Shown: piece by piece, positions 20,173-31,276 of the stretch
How positions within the stretch are numbered: position 1 is the first letter of the stretch
Layout: each line of letters begins with the position of its first letter
Assembly: GCA_040256005.1 (NCBI GenBank)
Contig: JBDZWC010000011.1
Location: forward strand, 1-40,141
Direction of reading: 5' to 3'
From: Deinococcaceae bacterium
Lineage (GTDB): Bacteria > Deinococcota > Deinococci > Deinococcales > Trueperaceae
DNA: 40,141 nucleotides
Notes under the pieces: generated by a model
Seen by the model: the letters and a program-made list of their open reading frames with translations, nothing else
Database searches by the model: none
Told to the model about the DNA's origin: nothing
Program-made: the position numbers and the translations under genes

Positions 20173-20827
20173 CGCCACGGCCGGCCGCGACCGGGCGTGC
20201 GTCATCCTCCCCGCCTACAACGAGGAGTCGACGGTGGCCAGGGTCGTCAAGGTCGCGCTGTCCGCGCAAGTGGGCAGCGTCCTCGTCGTGGACGACGGCT
20301 CCACCGACGCCACGGCCGACGCCGCCCAGGAGGCCGGGGCGAGCGTCGTGCGCCTGGGGGTCAACCGCGGCAAGGGCGGCGCCCTCCAAGCCGGGGCGCT
20401 GGCCGCCGAGGAGGAGGTCGTCGTGCTCCTCGACGCAGACCTGGTGGGGCTGACGCCCAAGCACGTCCACGACCTCGTCGACCCCGTCCTGGCGGGTGAG
20501 GTCGACATGACGCGCGGCATCTTCACGGGAGGCAGGTGGCGTACGAGCGTCGCCCAGCGCATGACGCCGCAGCTCTCCGGCCAGAGGGCGCTGAGGCGAC
20601 ACGCCCTGCTGGCGGTCCCGGGGCTGGGCACCTCGCGTTACGGCGTCGAGGTGGCGATCACGCGCCACGCGATCCGCAACGACTGGCGCTTCATCGACGT
20701 CCCACTGCCGGGCGTCTCCCAGGTCATGAAGGAGGAGAAGCGCGGCTTCTGGCGTGGCCTGGCCGTCCGCGCCCGCATGTACGGCGACATCCTCGGCACG
20801 CTTTTCGGTCTGCGCTCGAGAGGCTAG
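20144..20827 (+). CDS. Glycosyltransferase family 2
   Basis: ILPAYNEE, VVDDGSTD, NRGKG, LLDADL, SGQR. Confidence 0.9.
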   Translation: MSSERFSRADATAGRDRACVILPAYNEESTVARVVKVALSAQVGSVLVVDDGSTDATADAAQEAGASVVRLGVNRGKGGALQAGALAAEEEVVVLLDADLVGLTPKHVHDLVDPVLAGEVDMTRGIFTGGRWRTSVAQRMTPQLSGQRALRRHALLAVPGLGTSRYGVEVAITRHAIRNDWRFIDVPLPGVSQVMKEEKRGFWRGLAVRARMYGDILGTLFGLRSRG

Positions 20828-20845
20828 CCGTCGCTGCCGCTGGGG

Positions 20846-22135
20846 CTAGGCGTCCCCTGCGAGCCGCGACTCTATCGCGCGGGCGTGACCTTCGAGGCCC
20901 TCGGCGCGCGCCAGCGCGGCGGCTGCCGGGCCGACGCGCTCCAACAGCTCCCTGCTGGCCGCCACGTAAGGGATCGCTTTCTGGAAGTTCCTTAGGTTCA
21001 CGAAGCTGGCGAACCGGGCCGTGCCGCCCGTGGGCATCACGTGGCTCGGCCCCGCCAGGTAATCGCCCAGCGCCTCCATGCTGTCGTGGCCCAGGAAGAG
21101 GCCGCCGGCGTTGCGCACCTGCTGCGCGACCGCCTCGGCCTCCCTGACGAGCAGACAGGCGTGCTCGGGAGCGAACGCGTTGAGCACCCTGACACCCTCC
21201 GCGACGTCGCCGACCAGCACCGCTGTTCCCCGCCCGCCGAGCGAGTCGAGGGCCGGTCCCGAGGTGGGCAGCGCGGCCGCCATCTCGTGGGCGAGGACCT
21301 TCGCCCGCGTGAGCAGCGGCTCGCTGGTCGTGACCAGCACCGGCTCGGCGCCCACATGCTCGGCCTGCGCCACCAGGTCGGCGGCGACGTGTCGAGGGTC
21401 GGCCGTGTCGTCGGCCAGCACCAACGTCTCCGTGGGGCCCGCCAGCGAGTCGATGCCGACGGTGCCGAACAGCTGACGCTTAGCCTCCACGACGTAGTCG
21501 TTGCCTGGCCCGACGATCATGTCGACCGCTCCCACTTCACCGACGCCGAAGGCCAGCGCGGCCACGGCCTGGGCGCCACCCACGCTCAGCACCGCATCGG
21601 CGCCCAGCCTCGACGCGACGTAGGCGATCTCCCTGGGCACCCCGCCGCCCGGCCGAGGAGGGGTCGCGACGACGATGCGCTCCACGCCGGCCACCCGGGC
21701 TGGAACGCCCGTCATGATCAGGCTCGAGAACAGCGGCGCGCTGCCGCCGGGGACGTAGCAGCCCACGGACGCCACTGGCCTGAGGACCATGCCGAGCCTC
21801 GCGCCCGCGTCGGCGACCTCGAACCCGCTCTCCACCTGGGCGGCGTAGTACGCACGCACACGCTCCAGGGCCAGGTCGATCGACTCGCGCAAGGCGGGCG
21901 GCACCTCGTCGGCGTCGGCCTCGAGACGCGCCCGCGGCAAGACGACGCTCTCCAGCTCCACGCCGTCGAACCGCCTGGTCAGGTCGAGCAGCGCTCGCTC
22001 ACCTCGGCGGGCGACTGAGGCGACCACGTCGGCGACCGCCGCCGCCAGCTCGGCGCGGCGCGCCGTGGAGGCATGACGCGCCCGGCGCAGGGCGCACCAT
22101 GCCAAGGCAGCCTCGAGCCCGCGCACCTCCTGCAT
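20846..22135 (-). CDS. hisD: Histidinol dehydrogenase
   Basis: GCYVPGG, GGAQAVAA, GPGN.YV, DSLAGPTE, QAEH, APEH, GDY.AGPSHVMPT; start ATG 22135 after a TATCCT -10. Confidence 0.96.
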   Translation of the reverse strand: MQEVRGLEAALAWCALRRARHASTARRAELAAAVADVVASVARRGERALLDLTRRFDGVELESVVLPRARLEADADEVPPALRESIDLALERVRAYYAAQVESGFEVADAGARLGMVLRPVASVGCYVPGGSAPLFSSLIMTGVPARVAGVERIVVATPPRPGGGVPREIAYVASRLGADAVLSVGGAQAVAALAFGVGEVGAVDMIVGPGNDYVVEAKRQLFGTVGIDSLAGPTETLVLADDTADPRHVAADLVAQAEHVGAEPVLVTTSEPLLTRAKVLAHEMAAALPTSGPALDSLGGRGTAVLVGDVAEGVRVLNAFAPEHACLLVREAEAVAQQVRNAGGLFLGHDSMEALGDYLAGPSHVMPTGGTARFASFVNLRNFQKAIPYVAASRELLERVGPAAAALARAEGLEGHARAIESRLAGDA

Positions 22136-22189
22136 GACGGACAAGGATACCCGCACGGCACACGCGACGACCCGCGTTAGCATCCGCCC

Positions 22190-23167
22190 ATGTCCCTGAA
22201 GGTGCTGTGGACCCACGCGGTGTCGGGCGAGGCCGCCCGCGACATGAAGCCGCCGCCTGGCGTGGAGGTCATCGTCGAGCTGGACCGTCGGCGGGCCCTG
22301 GGGCTCAAGGACTGGCCCCAGGTCATCGTGGACGGAGGCCCACCGGAGGAGCTCCTGGACGGGGCCACGGTGGAAAGGGTGATCGTCCCGTACGCCGGCC
22401 TGGGCGGCCGTCTGCGCGGCTACCTGCTGCGCCGCCCGCACCTCAAGGTGCAGAACTCGCACTTCAACGACGGCATGGTCGCCCAGCACGCGGTGGCGCT
22501 GCTCCTGGCGGTCGCGAGCCGCGTCGCGGCCAGCGACGCCGCGCTGCGCCGCGGCGACTGGGGGCCGGCCGAGAAGGACACGGATGGCTTGGGCGTGTAC
22601 CTACGGGGCAAGTCCTGTCTATTGCTGGGCTACGGCTCGATCGCCAGGGCGGCTGCGCCCGTCCTGAACGCTCTCGGCCTCGAGCTGACCGCCTTCCGGC
22701 GCCGGCCGCGGAACGACGGCGACGTGCCCGAGGTCGGGCCCGCGGACCTCCACGCCGCGCTGCGGAAGGCGGACGTCGTCGTCTCGACGCTGCCGCTCAC
22801 GGACGACACGAGAGGGCTCATAGGCGCCGCGGAACTCGGGGCGATGAAGGAGTCGGCGATCCTCGTGAACGTGGGGCGGGGGCCGGTGGTGGACGAGGCG
22901 GCCCTGTACGAGGCCCTGGCCTCGCGCCGCATCTACGGTGCCGGGATAGACGTCTGGTACGTCTACCCGCAGGGCGATGACGGGCGCGACGCGACGTTCC
23001 CAGCGAACCTCCCCTTCTGGGAGCTCGACAACGTCGTGATGACGCCCCACAGCGCGAACGACATGAGCGGCTGGCGCGCGGAGGCGGCCAAGGACGTGAT
23101 GGCGACGCTGGAAGCCTTGACCCGCGGCGAGGAGCGCAACCTCGTGGACCCGCACCAGGGCTACTGA
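22190..23167 (+). CDS. D-isomer-specific 2-hydroxyacid dehydrogenase
   Basis: GYGSIA Rossmann loop, LPLT..T.GLI, NVGRG.VVDE, IDVW, TPH. Confidence 0.88.
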   Translation: MSLKVLWTHAVSGEAARDMKPPPGVEVIVELDRRRALGLKDWPQVIVDGGPPEELLDGATVERVIVPYAGLGGRLRGYLLRRPHLKVQNSHFNDGMVAQHAVALLLAVASRVAASDAALRRGDWGPAEKDTDGLGVYLRGKSCLLLGYGSIARAAAPVLNALGLELTAFRRRPRNDGDVPEVGPADLHAALRKADVVVSTLPLTDDTRGLIGAAELGAMKESAILVNVGRGPVVDEAALYEALASRRIYGAGIDVWYVYPQGDDGRDATFPANLPFWELDNVVMTPHSANDMSGWRAEAAKDVMATLEALTRGEERNLVDPHQGY

Positions 23168-23186
23168 CGAGCCGGAGGAGAACGAA

Positions 23187-23215
23187 GGCGCGCCCGGTCC
23201 AGTGCCGGGCGCGCC
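23187..23215 (-). terminator. Intrinsic terminator between convergent genes (after rplT)
   Basis: Perfect 11-bp stem GGCGCGCCCGG/CCGGGCGCGCC with a 7-nt loop; TTCGTTCT follows on the minus strand. Confidence 0.75.
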
Positions 23216-23248
23216 CTCGATCGCTTCTTCGGTCGCGTAGGGCTGTTG

Positions 23249-23599
23249 CTAGGCGGCCTTCGCCTTGTCGGCCAGGACCTTGAAGGCTGCCGGCTCGTTC
23301 ACGGCCAGCTCGGCCAACACCTTGCGGTCCAGCGTCACGCCCGCCCTGCGCAGGCCGGCCACGAAGCGCGAGTAGCTCAGGCCCTCCTGCCGCGCGGCGG
23401 CGTTGATGCGCGCGATCCACAGCCTGCGGAACTCGGCCTTCTTGTCGCGGCGGTCACGGTACGCGTAGTCAGCGGCGTTGAGCAGCGTCTGGGTGGCGAC
23501 GCGCACGCTCTTCGAGCGCAGCCCCCAGTAGCCCTTCGCACGCTTGAGGATCTTCGAATGGCGGCGGCGGCGGACGGTGCCTGTCTTGGCGCGTGGCAC
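23249..23599 (-). CDS. rplT: 50S ribosomal protein L20
   Basis: MPRAKTG...AKGYWG...AYRDR...[14 protein letters not shown]...[10 protein letters not shown]. Confidence 0.98.
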   Translation of the reverse strand: MPRAKTGTVRRRRHSKILKRAKGYWGLRSKSVRVATQTLLNAADYAYRDRRDKKAEFRRLWIARINAAARQEGLSYSRFVAGLRRAGVTLDRKVLAELAVNEPAAFKVLADKAKAA

Positions 23600-23607
23600 T
23601 CGCTACC

Positions 23608-23805
23608 TCACTCGTACGGAAGCAGCGCCTTGATGCGCTTGACTTCCGAGTCGTCGAGTACCAGGTCGGTGCGCCCCTGCCGGATCTGCGTGCCTGACTT
23701 CTTGTAGTTCAGGTGTCGCTTACCGGAGCGCATCGCCTTGACCTTACCTCGCCCAGTGATCTTGACACGGGCTTTGGTGCCCTTATGGGTCTTCAGCTTA
23801 GGCAT
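23608..23805 (-). CDS. rpmI: 50S ribosomal protein L35
   Basis: MPKLKTHKG...GKRHLN.KKS...LLPY. Confidence 0.97.
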   Translation of the reverse strand: MPKLKTHKGTKARVKITGRGKVKAMRSGKRHLNYKKSGTQIRQGRTDLVLDDSEVKRIKALLPYE

Positions 23806-23828
23806 GCCTTCTCTCTCCTGTTGGCCTT

Positions 23829-24404
23829 CTACTCAGCGGCGGCGGCGTTCTGCGACGAGCTGACCAAGGCTTCCGAACGGACCTTCTCCGGTACCGGGGC
23901 GATGGGGCGCAGGATCATGTTCATGTCCATCCCCGCGATCATGGGCGCGGAGTCCACGGCGGCGATCTCGCTGACGTCAGCCGCGACCCGGTTCAGGATG
24001 CCCTGTCCCAGCTCGGGGTGAGTCCTCTCGCGACCGCGGAACATGATGGTGACCTTCACCTTGTGCCCTGCCTTGAGGAACCGGCGAATGTGGTTGACCT
24101 TCGTCTCGTAGTCGTGGTCGTCGATCTTCACGCGGAACTTGATCGACTTCATCTCCTGCTGGCGAGAGCGCTTGCGCGCCTCCTTGACCTGCTGCTGCTG
24201 TTCGAAACGGTAACGACCGTAGTCGAGCAGCTTCGCTACTGGCGGCTGCGCCGCCTCCCCGACGAGGACGAGATCCAGGTCTTCCTCCCGCGCACGCTTC
24301 AGCGCGTCTCTGGTCTCGACGATGCCGACCTGCTCACCGTCTGCTCCAATGAGACGCACCTGACGTACCCGGATCTGTTCATTCACCTTCAGTTCTTTCG
24401 CTAT
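23829..24404 (-). CDS. infC: Translation initiation factor IF-3 (non-canonical ATA start)
   Basis: VNEQIRVRQVRLIG, DLDLV.V...PPVAKLLDYG, GHKVKVTIMFRGRE; GGAGG SD 8 nt before ATA at 24404. Confidence 0.96.
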   Translation of the reverse strand: MAKELKVNEQIRVRQVRLIGADGEQVGIVETRDALKRAREEDLDLVLVGEAAQPPVAKLLDYGRYRFEQQQQVKEARKRSRQQEMKSIKFRVKIDDHDYETKVNHIRRFLKAGHKVKVTIMFRGRERTHPELGQGILNRVAADVSEIAAVDSAPMIAGMDMNMILRPIAPVPEKVRSEALVSSSQNAAAAE

Positions 24405-24557
24405 GAACTCCACCTCCGTGAGACTTGGGCGCGTCGCGGCCCCCGGCCCTGACAGCACGGGTAGGCGCGTACGCGGCGTACCACTTTAGCAGATGGGAGC
24501 GGGTCCCAGGGTGCCGTGGCCTGTTCCACGGGCGATAATCCCCACGAAGGAGCGTAG

Positions 24558-26099
24558 ATGGCCCCAGACCCCGAAGCACGACGTGAAGCAGAAGGCCGGG
24601 AGGGCGCAGCCGAGGGCTCGCCCGCGAGCCACGAGGCGAAGGCGCGGGTCCCGCGCGACAACCTCGTCGTCACGCACCACGAGACCACCATCCAGGGGAA
24701 GAAGGTCTCGTACACCGCCACCGCCGGCACTGTCGTGCTGTCCCACGAGAAGGTGGGCGAGGGCGAGAAGGAGGGCACCTTCGAGGGCGTGAAGCCGCGG
24801 GCCGAGGTCTTCTTCGTCGCCTACGAGCTCGACGGCGTCGTGGACAAGAGCCAGCGACCGGTCACCTTCAGCTTCAACGGTGGGCCCGGCTCCTCCTCGG
24901 TGTGGATGCACCTCGGGTTGTTCGGGCCCAAGCGCGTCGCGCTGGACGACGAGGGCCATCCTTCCGCTCCGCCGTACCGGCTGGTGACCAACGAGGAGTC
25001 GCTACTCGACGCCACCGACCTGGTGTTCATCGACCCGGTGAGCACCGGCTACAGCCGGCCGGTGGAGGGCGTGAAGGCCAAGGACTTCCACAGCGTCAAC
25101 ACCGACGTCGAGAGCGTGGGCGAGTTCATCAGGCTCTACACCGGCCGCTACGAGCGCTGGCGCAGCCCGAAGTTCCTGGCGGGCGAGAGCTACGGCACGA
25201 CCCGCGCCGCCGGCCTGGCCGGCCACATGCAGGAGCGCCACGGCATGTACCTGAACGGGCTCATCCTGGTGTCGGCGATCCTCGAGTTCGGCACCGCTCG
25301 CTTCGGCCCTGGGAACGACCTTCCGCCGCTCCTGTTCCTGCCCACATACGCCGCCACGGCCCACTATCACGGGCGCCTCGACGATGAGCTCCAGGCCCTG
25401 TCGGTGGCCCAGTTGATGGAGCGCGTCGAGGACTTCGCGCTCAACCGCTACGCCCCTGCCCTGTTGCTGGGGGACCGGCTGCCGGCGGACGAGCGCGCGG
25501 CCGTGGTTGGCGAGCTCGCCCGCTACACCGGCCTGAGCGAGGCCTACGTGGAGTCGACGGACCTACGCATCGAGATCTTCCGCTTCACGAAGGAGCTGCT
25601 GCGCTCCGAGGGCCGCACCGTCGGCCGCATCGACAGCCGCTACACGGGTGTCGACCGCGACTCTGCGGGCGAACGCTTCGAGTTCGACCCCAGCATGTCC
25701 GCGACCCAGGGCCCGTACACGGCGACCCTCAACGACTACCTGCGGACGGAGCTGCGCTACCTGTCCGACCTGCCCTACGAGATCCTCGCGAACCTCTACC
25801 AGAGCTGGAGCTACAAGGACGTCGAGAACCGCTACCTCAACGTCGCCGAGACGCTGAGGAAGGCGATGAGCGTCAACCCTCACCTGAAGGTCCACGTCGC
25901 GAACGGCTACTACGACCTGGCCACGCCGTACTTCGCTACCCTCCACACGTTCGCCCACATGGGCCTGACGCCGGAGCAACGAGAGAACGTGACCATGAGC
26001 TTCTACGAGGCCGGCCACATGATGTACGTGCATCGCCCGTCGCTGCTGTACCTGCGGGAGGAGCTCGAGCGCTTCATCAGGGAGGCCTCAGGCTCGTGA
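24558..26099 (+). CDS. Serine carboxypeptidase, family S10
   Basis: FNGGPGSSS, FIDPVSTGYS, GESYG nucleophile, GYYDLATP, EAGHMMY; AAGGAG SD. Confidence 0.93.
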   Translation: MAPDPEARREAEGREGAAEGSPASHEAKARVPRDNLVVTHHETTIQGKKVSYTATAGTVVLSHEKVGEGEKEGTFEGVKPRAEVFFVAYELDGVVDKSQRPVTFSFNGGPGSSSVWMHLGLFGPKRVALDDEGHPSAPPYRLVTNEESLLDATDLVFIDPVSTGYSRPVEGVKAKDFHSVNTDVESVGEFIRLYTGRYERWRSPKFLAGESYGTTRAAGLAGHMQERHGMYLNGLILVSAILEFGTARFGPGNDLPPLLFLPTYAATAHYHGRLDDELQALSVAQLMERVEDFALNRYAPALLLGDRLPADERAAVVGELARYTGLSEAYVESTDLRIEIFRFTKELLRSEGRTVGRIDSRYTGVDRDSAGERFEFDPSMSATQGPYTATLNDYLRTELRYLSDLPYEILANLYQSWSYKDVENRYLNVAETLRKAMSVNPHLKVHVANGYYDLATPYFATLHTFAHMGLTPEQRENVTMSFYEAGHMMYVHRPSLLYLREELERFIREASGS

Positions 26100-26995
26100 C
26101 CAGGCGCCTCAGGCTCGGCTACTCCCCCTGCCCCAACGACACCTTCATCTTCCACGCGCTGGCGACCGGGCTGCTGGCAGGGACGCGCGCGCAGTCCGGC
26201 GGGCCGGGCGAGGAGGCGCTGGAGTTCGACGTGAGCCTCCTCGACATCGACGCCCTCAACGAGGCCGCGCTGCGCGGCACCCTCGACGTCGCGAAGGTGA
26301 GCTACCACGCCTACGGCTACCTCTCCGACGACTGGGTGCTGCTCCGGTCCGGCGGAGCGCTGGGCCGCGGCGTGGGGCCGCTGGTCGTAGCTCGGTCCGC
26401 CCAACTCGACCTGGCCGGCAAGCGCGTCGCCGTCCCGGGCGGGACGACGACGGCCAAGCTGCTGCTCTCGTTGTGGCGCAGCGACCTCGACACCGAGGTC
26501 GTGCGCTACGACAGGATCATGCCCGCCGTAGCGGCCGGGGAGTACGACGCGGGCCTCATCATCCACGAGAGCCGCTTCACCTACCCGCGTCACGGTCTGC
26601 ACGCGCTCGTCGACCTCGGCACGTGGTGGGAGCACGAGGTGGGTCATCTGGTGCCGTTGGGCGCGATCGCGGCCCGCAGGTCCCTGGGCGAGGACGTGCT
26701 CAGGCGCCTGGACACTCTCGTGCGGGCGAGCCTCGAGCACGCCTACGCCAGACCAGAGGCCTCGGAGGCCTACGTGTCTCGGCACGCTCAGGAGATGGAC
26801 GCGGACGTACGGCGCCGCCACATCGACCTGTACGTGAACGAGCACTCCTTGGACGTGGGCGAGGCCGGCGAAGCCGCGGTGCGCGAGCTGCTGGCCAGGG
26901 GGTCGGCGGTCGGCCTCTTCGACCTGCCCGAGGCGCCGGTCTTCGTGCCCGCGGCGGGCGAGACGTCCCTGGCCGGACCCGCCTCACAGGGGTAA
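26096..26995 (+). CDS. mqnD: 1,4-dihydroxy-6-naphthoate synthase
   Basis: GYSPCPNDTFIF, GGALGRGVGP, IIHESRFTY, DLG.WW, HIDLYVN. Confidence 0.95.
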   Translation: MTRRLRLGYSPCPNDTFIFHALATGLLAGTRAQSGGPGEEALEFDVSLLDIDALNEAALRGTLDVAKVSYHAYGYLSDDWVLLRSGGALGRGVGPLVVARSAQLDLAGKRVAVPGGTTTAKLLLSLWRSDLDTEVVRYDRIMPAVAAGEYDAGLIIHESRFTYPRHGLHALVDLGTWWEHEVGHLVPLGAIAARRSLGEDVLRRLDTLVRASLEHAYARPEASEAYVSRHAQEMDADVRRRHIDLYVNEHSLDVGEAGEAAVRELLARGSAVGLFDLPEAPVFVPAAGETSLAGPASQG

Positions 26996-27005
26996 CGTCG
27001 TGACC

Positions 27006-27206
27006 ATGGCGACCTTCACGATCGGCGAAGAGGTGCTGTTGGAGGGCGAAAGGTTCGTCATCACGCTCAAGCAGCCGTCGCCCCCGTACCGTTACCGGCT
27101 CGTCAGGACCACGGCGCAAGGGCCGCAGGTCGCCTGGGCCGAACCGGACGAGCTGCAGAAGATCGAGCGCTACACGACGCCGCGGTCGGACACGCCGAGC
27201 GTCTAG
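27006..27206 (+). CDS. Small hypothetical protein (66 aa), possibly SH3/Tudor-like
   Basis: Coding-like ORF with TAACGT 7 nt before ATG 27006; F.IG..V....YRL...W....EL pattern. Confidence 0.65.
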   Translation: MATFTIGEEVLLEGERFVITLKQPSPPYRYRLVRTTAQGPQVAWAEPDELQKIERYTTPRSDTPSV

Positions 27207-27979
27207 CCAGGTTCCGGCGAGCCGCGACCGACCTGGCCCGCCAGCACGTCAGCCAGGCGCGCGCCCTCGGCTGCGCACTCCACCGCGCCGGGCGGGCCGT
27301 CGGGCCGGGCGACGCAAGCCCCGGCCGCGTACAGCCGCGACAGGCGGCGCAGGCTGAGGTCATCGTCCGACCGCTCCGCGGCGGCGAAGACCAGCGTACG
27401 CACGACGTGAGGCAGGGAGCCAGGGCCCGCCTCCGCGGCCAGCTCCAGCTCCGCGAACTCGAACCCGCGCTCCGAGAGATCGCGGTACAGGTCGTCGTAG
27501 GCCATCTCCGAGAGACGCCCGTGGTGCTCCACCACCGAGCCGATCTCGAGACGTGCCCTCAGGAACGTGCCGACGCACAGCGCGACCGCCTCCGCGCGCC
27601 GCGGCACGCCTTCCCAGGTCTCCACGCCGATCGCGGTGCCGTCCTCGACGACCAGCGCCGACGCCGTGGACTGGAGCAGGTGCAGCCTGGCCTCCGCCTC
27701 GAGCGCGTACTTCGCCGAGCGGTGGACGTCCCACCGGGTGCTGGCGCCCTCGGCCAGCACCGCGTGCAGCAAGGTCCCCGGCGGCGCGGATAGACCCCCT
27801 GGCTCCTCGTCCAGCGCGTAGACGGTGTCGAGGCTCGTCGTCACGAGCGTGACCCTGGCGCCCAGGCGCGCCGCCCGCCACGCCGCCTCGCAGCCGGTGA
27901 CGCCACCGCCCACGACGAGGACGGACCCCTCCTTGCGCAGCTGGTCGACCGTCCGCGGGGGGACAGCTTCGGTGCTCAG
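27203..27979 (-). CDS. Short GidA/MnmG-like FAD-dependent protein
   Basis: SVLVVGGGVTGCEAA dinucleotide motif, LCVGTFL.ARL.IG, GRLSEMAY, LYAAG. Start placed at CTG 27979 by inference; the first standard start (GTG 27913) cuts the FAD motif. Confidence 0.85.
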   Translation of the reverse strand: MSTEAVPPRTVDQLRKEGSVLVVGGGVTGCEAAWRAARLGARVTLVTTSLDTVYALDEEPGGLSAPPGTLLHAVLAEGASTRWDVHRSAKYALEAEARLHLLQSTASALVVEDGTAIGVETWEGVPRRAEAVALCVGTFLRARLEIGSVVEHHGRLSEMAYDDLYRDLSERGFEFAELELAAEAGPGSLPHVVRTLVFAAAERSDDDLSLRRLSRLYAAGACVARPDGPPGAVECAAEGARLADVLAGQVGRGSPEPG

Positions 27980-28584
27980 CTGGACATGCCTCCGCGCAGG
28001 AGCGGGGCCCGCCGCCCCGAGGCACGCAGCAGCACGTGTTGCCCGGCGCGGGTGCGCTGGTACACGAGCACACCGCTCCTGGCTCCGATGAGGGGCACGA
28101 CGTCCTCGGCGGAGAAGATCACGCGCAGGTGCACGGGCAGGTCGGCCTTGAGGACCCCGTACTCGTACTCGACGTCGGACCTGGCCTTGTAGCCGATGAA
28201 GACGTCGTCAGGGTCGTCGGTCGAGTAGACGCACACCAGCGACTGGGCCTCGTCCGCCCGGTAGTGAGCCACCGCCTCCCACACGATCGACCGGGCCTCG
28301 GCTTCGTCGACGACGCGGACGTCGGGCTTGGCCGAGTCGCCGAAGAAGGCCATGGGGAATCGCTTCGACTGCGTGTAGTAGCCGCCACGGCCCACGCGGA
28401 GGGCGACCGACTCGTTGTCGTAGGCGCGCCCGCGCACGGCGTTCTTGAAGTGGGTGATGGCGAGCCCGAAGCGGCGATCGTGCGCATCGAGCATCTCGCT
28501 ACCGCCGCTTAGGCCCAGCAGGGCCCCGTCCGTGTTGATCTCGATGTCGTGGGGCACTTCCGCCGGCCCACCCTTGCTCGTCAT
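27976..28584 (-). CDS. Hypothetical protein (202 aa)
   Basis: Coding-like ORF between ubiE and the short gidA; ATG 28584 lies 4 nt after the ubiE stop with GGAGG upstream. Confidence 0.75.
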   Translation of the reverse strand: MTSKGGPAEVPHDIEINTDGALLGLSGGSEMLDAHDRRFGLAITHFKNAVRGRAYDNESVALRVGRGGYYTQSKRFPMAFFGDSAKPDVRVVDEAEARSIVWEAVAHYRADEAQSLVCVYSTDDPDDVFIGYKARSDVEYEYGVLKADLPVHLRVIFSAEDVVPLIGARSGVLVYQRTRAGQHVLLRASGRRAPLLRGGMSS

Positions 28585-28588
28585 GAAC

Positions 28589-29371
28589 TCACCGTCCTCC
28601 GACCGGGCCCGCTGGGGCCCTGACACCAACGTGCAACGCCGAGACGCCGAACGTCTGCAGCCGATACCTCACCTGAACGAACCCGACCGTGGCCATGCGC
28701 GCCGCGAGCTCGCCCGGGCCCATGAAAGCGCCCACGGAGCGCGGCAGGTAGCCGTACGCCTCGCGGTCACCCGACACCAGCCCGCCGATCAGGGGCAGCA
28801 GCCGCTCGAAGTAGAGCCGGAACGCCGCCCCTACCGGTCCCGCCGGCGGCGGGGGGAACTCCAGTACGACCAGCCTGCCGCCGGGCGCGAGCACGCGGTG
28901 GAACTCTCGCAAGCCCGCCTCCGGGTCGGCGAAGTTCCGCAACCCGTAGCCGATGGTCACGGCGTCGAACGCGCCGTCCGCGAACGGCAACGCGGTGCCG
29001 TCCGCCGCAGTGAAGGCGACCTCGAGCCCCTGTGCGAGCGCCGCGTCGCGCGCCACCTCCAGCATCGCGGCGCTGAAGTCGACACCCGTGACCTCTGCCG
29101 CCGGCAGGGCGCGCTTGACGGCGAACGCCAGCTTGCCGGTACCGGCGGCCACGTCGAGGACGCGCGCGGGAGCGCCCACGACCGCGGCCAGCGCCGCCTC
29201 GCGGCGCCAGCGGGCGTCCAGCCCCAGGCTCAACAAGCTGTTCAGCAGGTCGTACGTGGGAGCGATCCGCGAGAACATGCTCCGCACCTCGGCGGGCCGC
29301 GCCCGGTCAGGCGCCTCGTCCTCGTTCCTGCTCTCGTCGCCTACGGCCGGGCCTGCCACCGCGCGCGACAT
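28589..29371 (-). CDS. ubiE: Demethylmenaquinone/ubiquinone C-methyltransferase (UbiE/MenG)
   Basis: MFSRIAPTYDLLN.LLSLG.D..WR, VLDVAAGTG, YGLRN, PGGRLVVLEF. Confidence 0.93.
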   Translation of the reverse strand: MSRAVAGPAVGDESRNEDEAPDRARPAEVRSMFSRIAPTYDLLNSLLSLGLDARWRREAALAAVVGAPARVLDVAAGTGKLAFAVKRALPAAEVTGVDFSAAMLEVARDAALAQGLEVAFTAADGTALPFADGAFDAVTIGYGLRNFADPEAGLREFHRVLAPGGRLVVLEFPPPPAGPVGAAFRLYFERLLPLIGGLVSGDREAYGYLPRSVGAFMGPGELAARMATVGFVQVRYRLQTFGVSALHVGVRAPAGPVGGR

Positions 29372-29465
29372 CGGCGGACGTTACCACGGTGATGCGCTCC
29401 GTACCGCTATACTCCCCTGTTGCGCCGGCGGCAGGCACTCAGCGCCGCGGCCGCACAGGAGACAG

Positions 29466-31268
<1,803 letters not shown>

Positions 31269-31276
31269 GCCGACCC

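Noticed and set aside
28953..29465. N-terminal extensions given by the ORF track (typA; also hisD to 22489, M50-CBS from 17629, CBS protein to 16762, small mutase subunit to 6514, SDR from 35359)
   Set aside because: They overlap neighbouring genes or promoters; downstream starts have an SD or -10 and match family N-termini.
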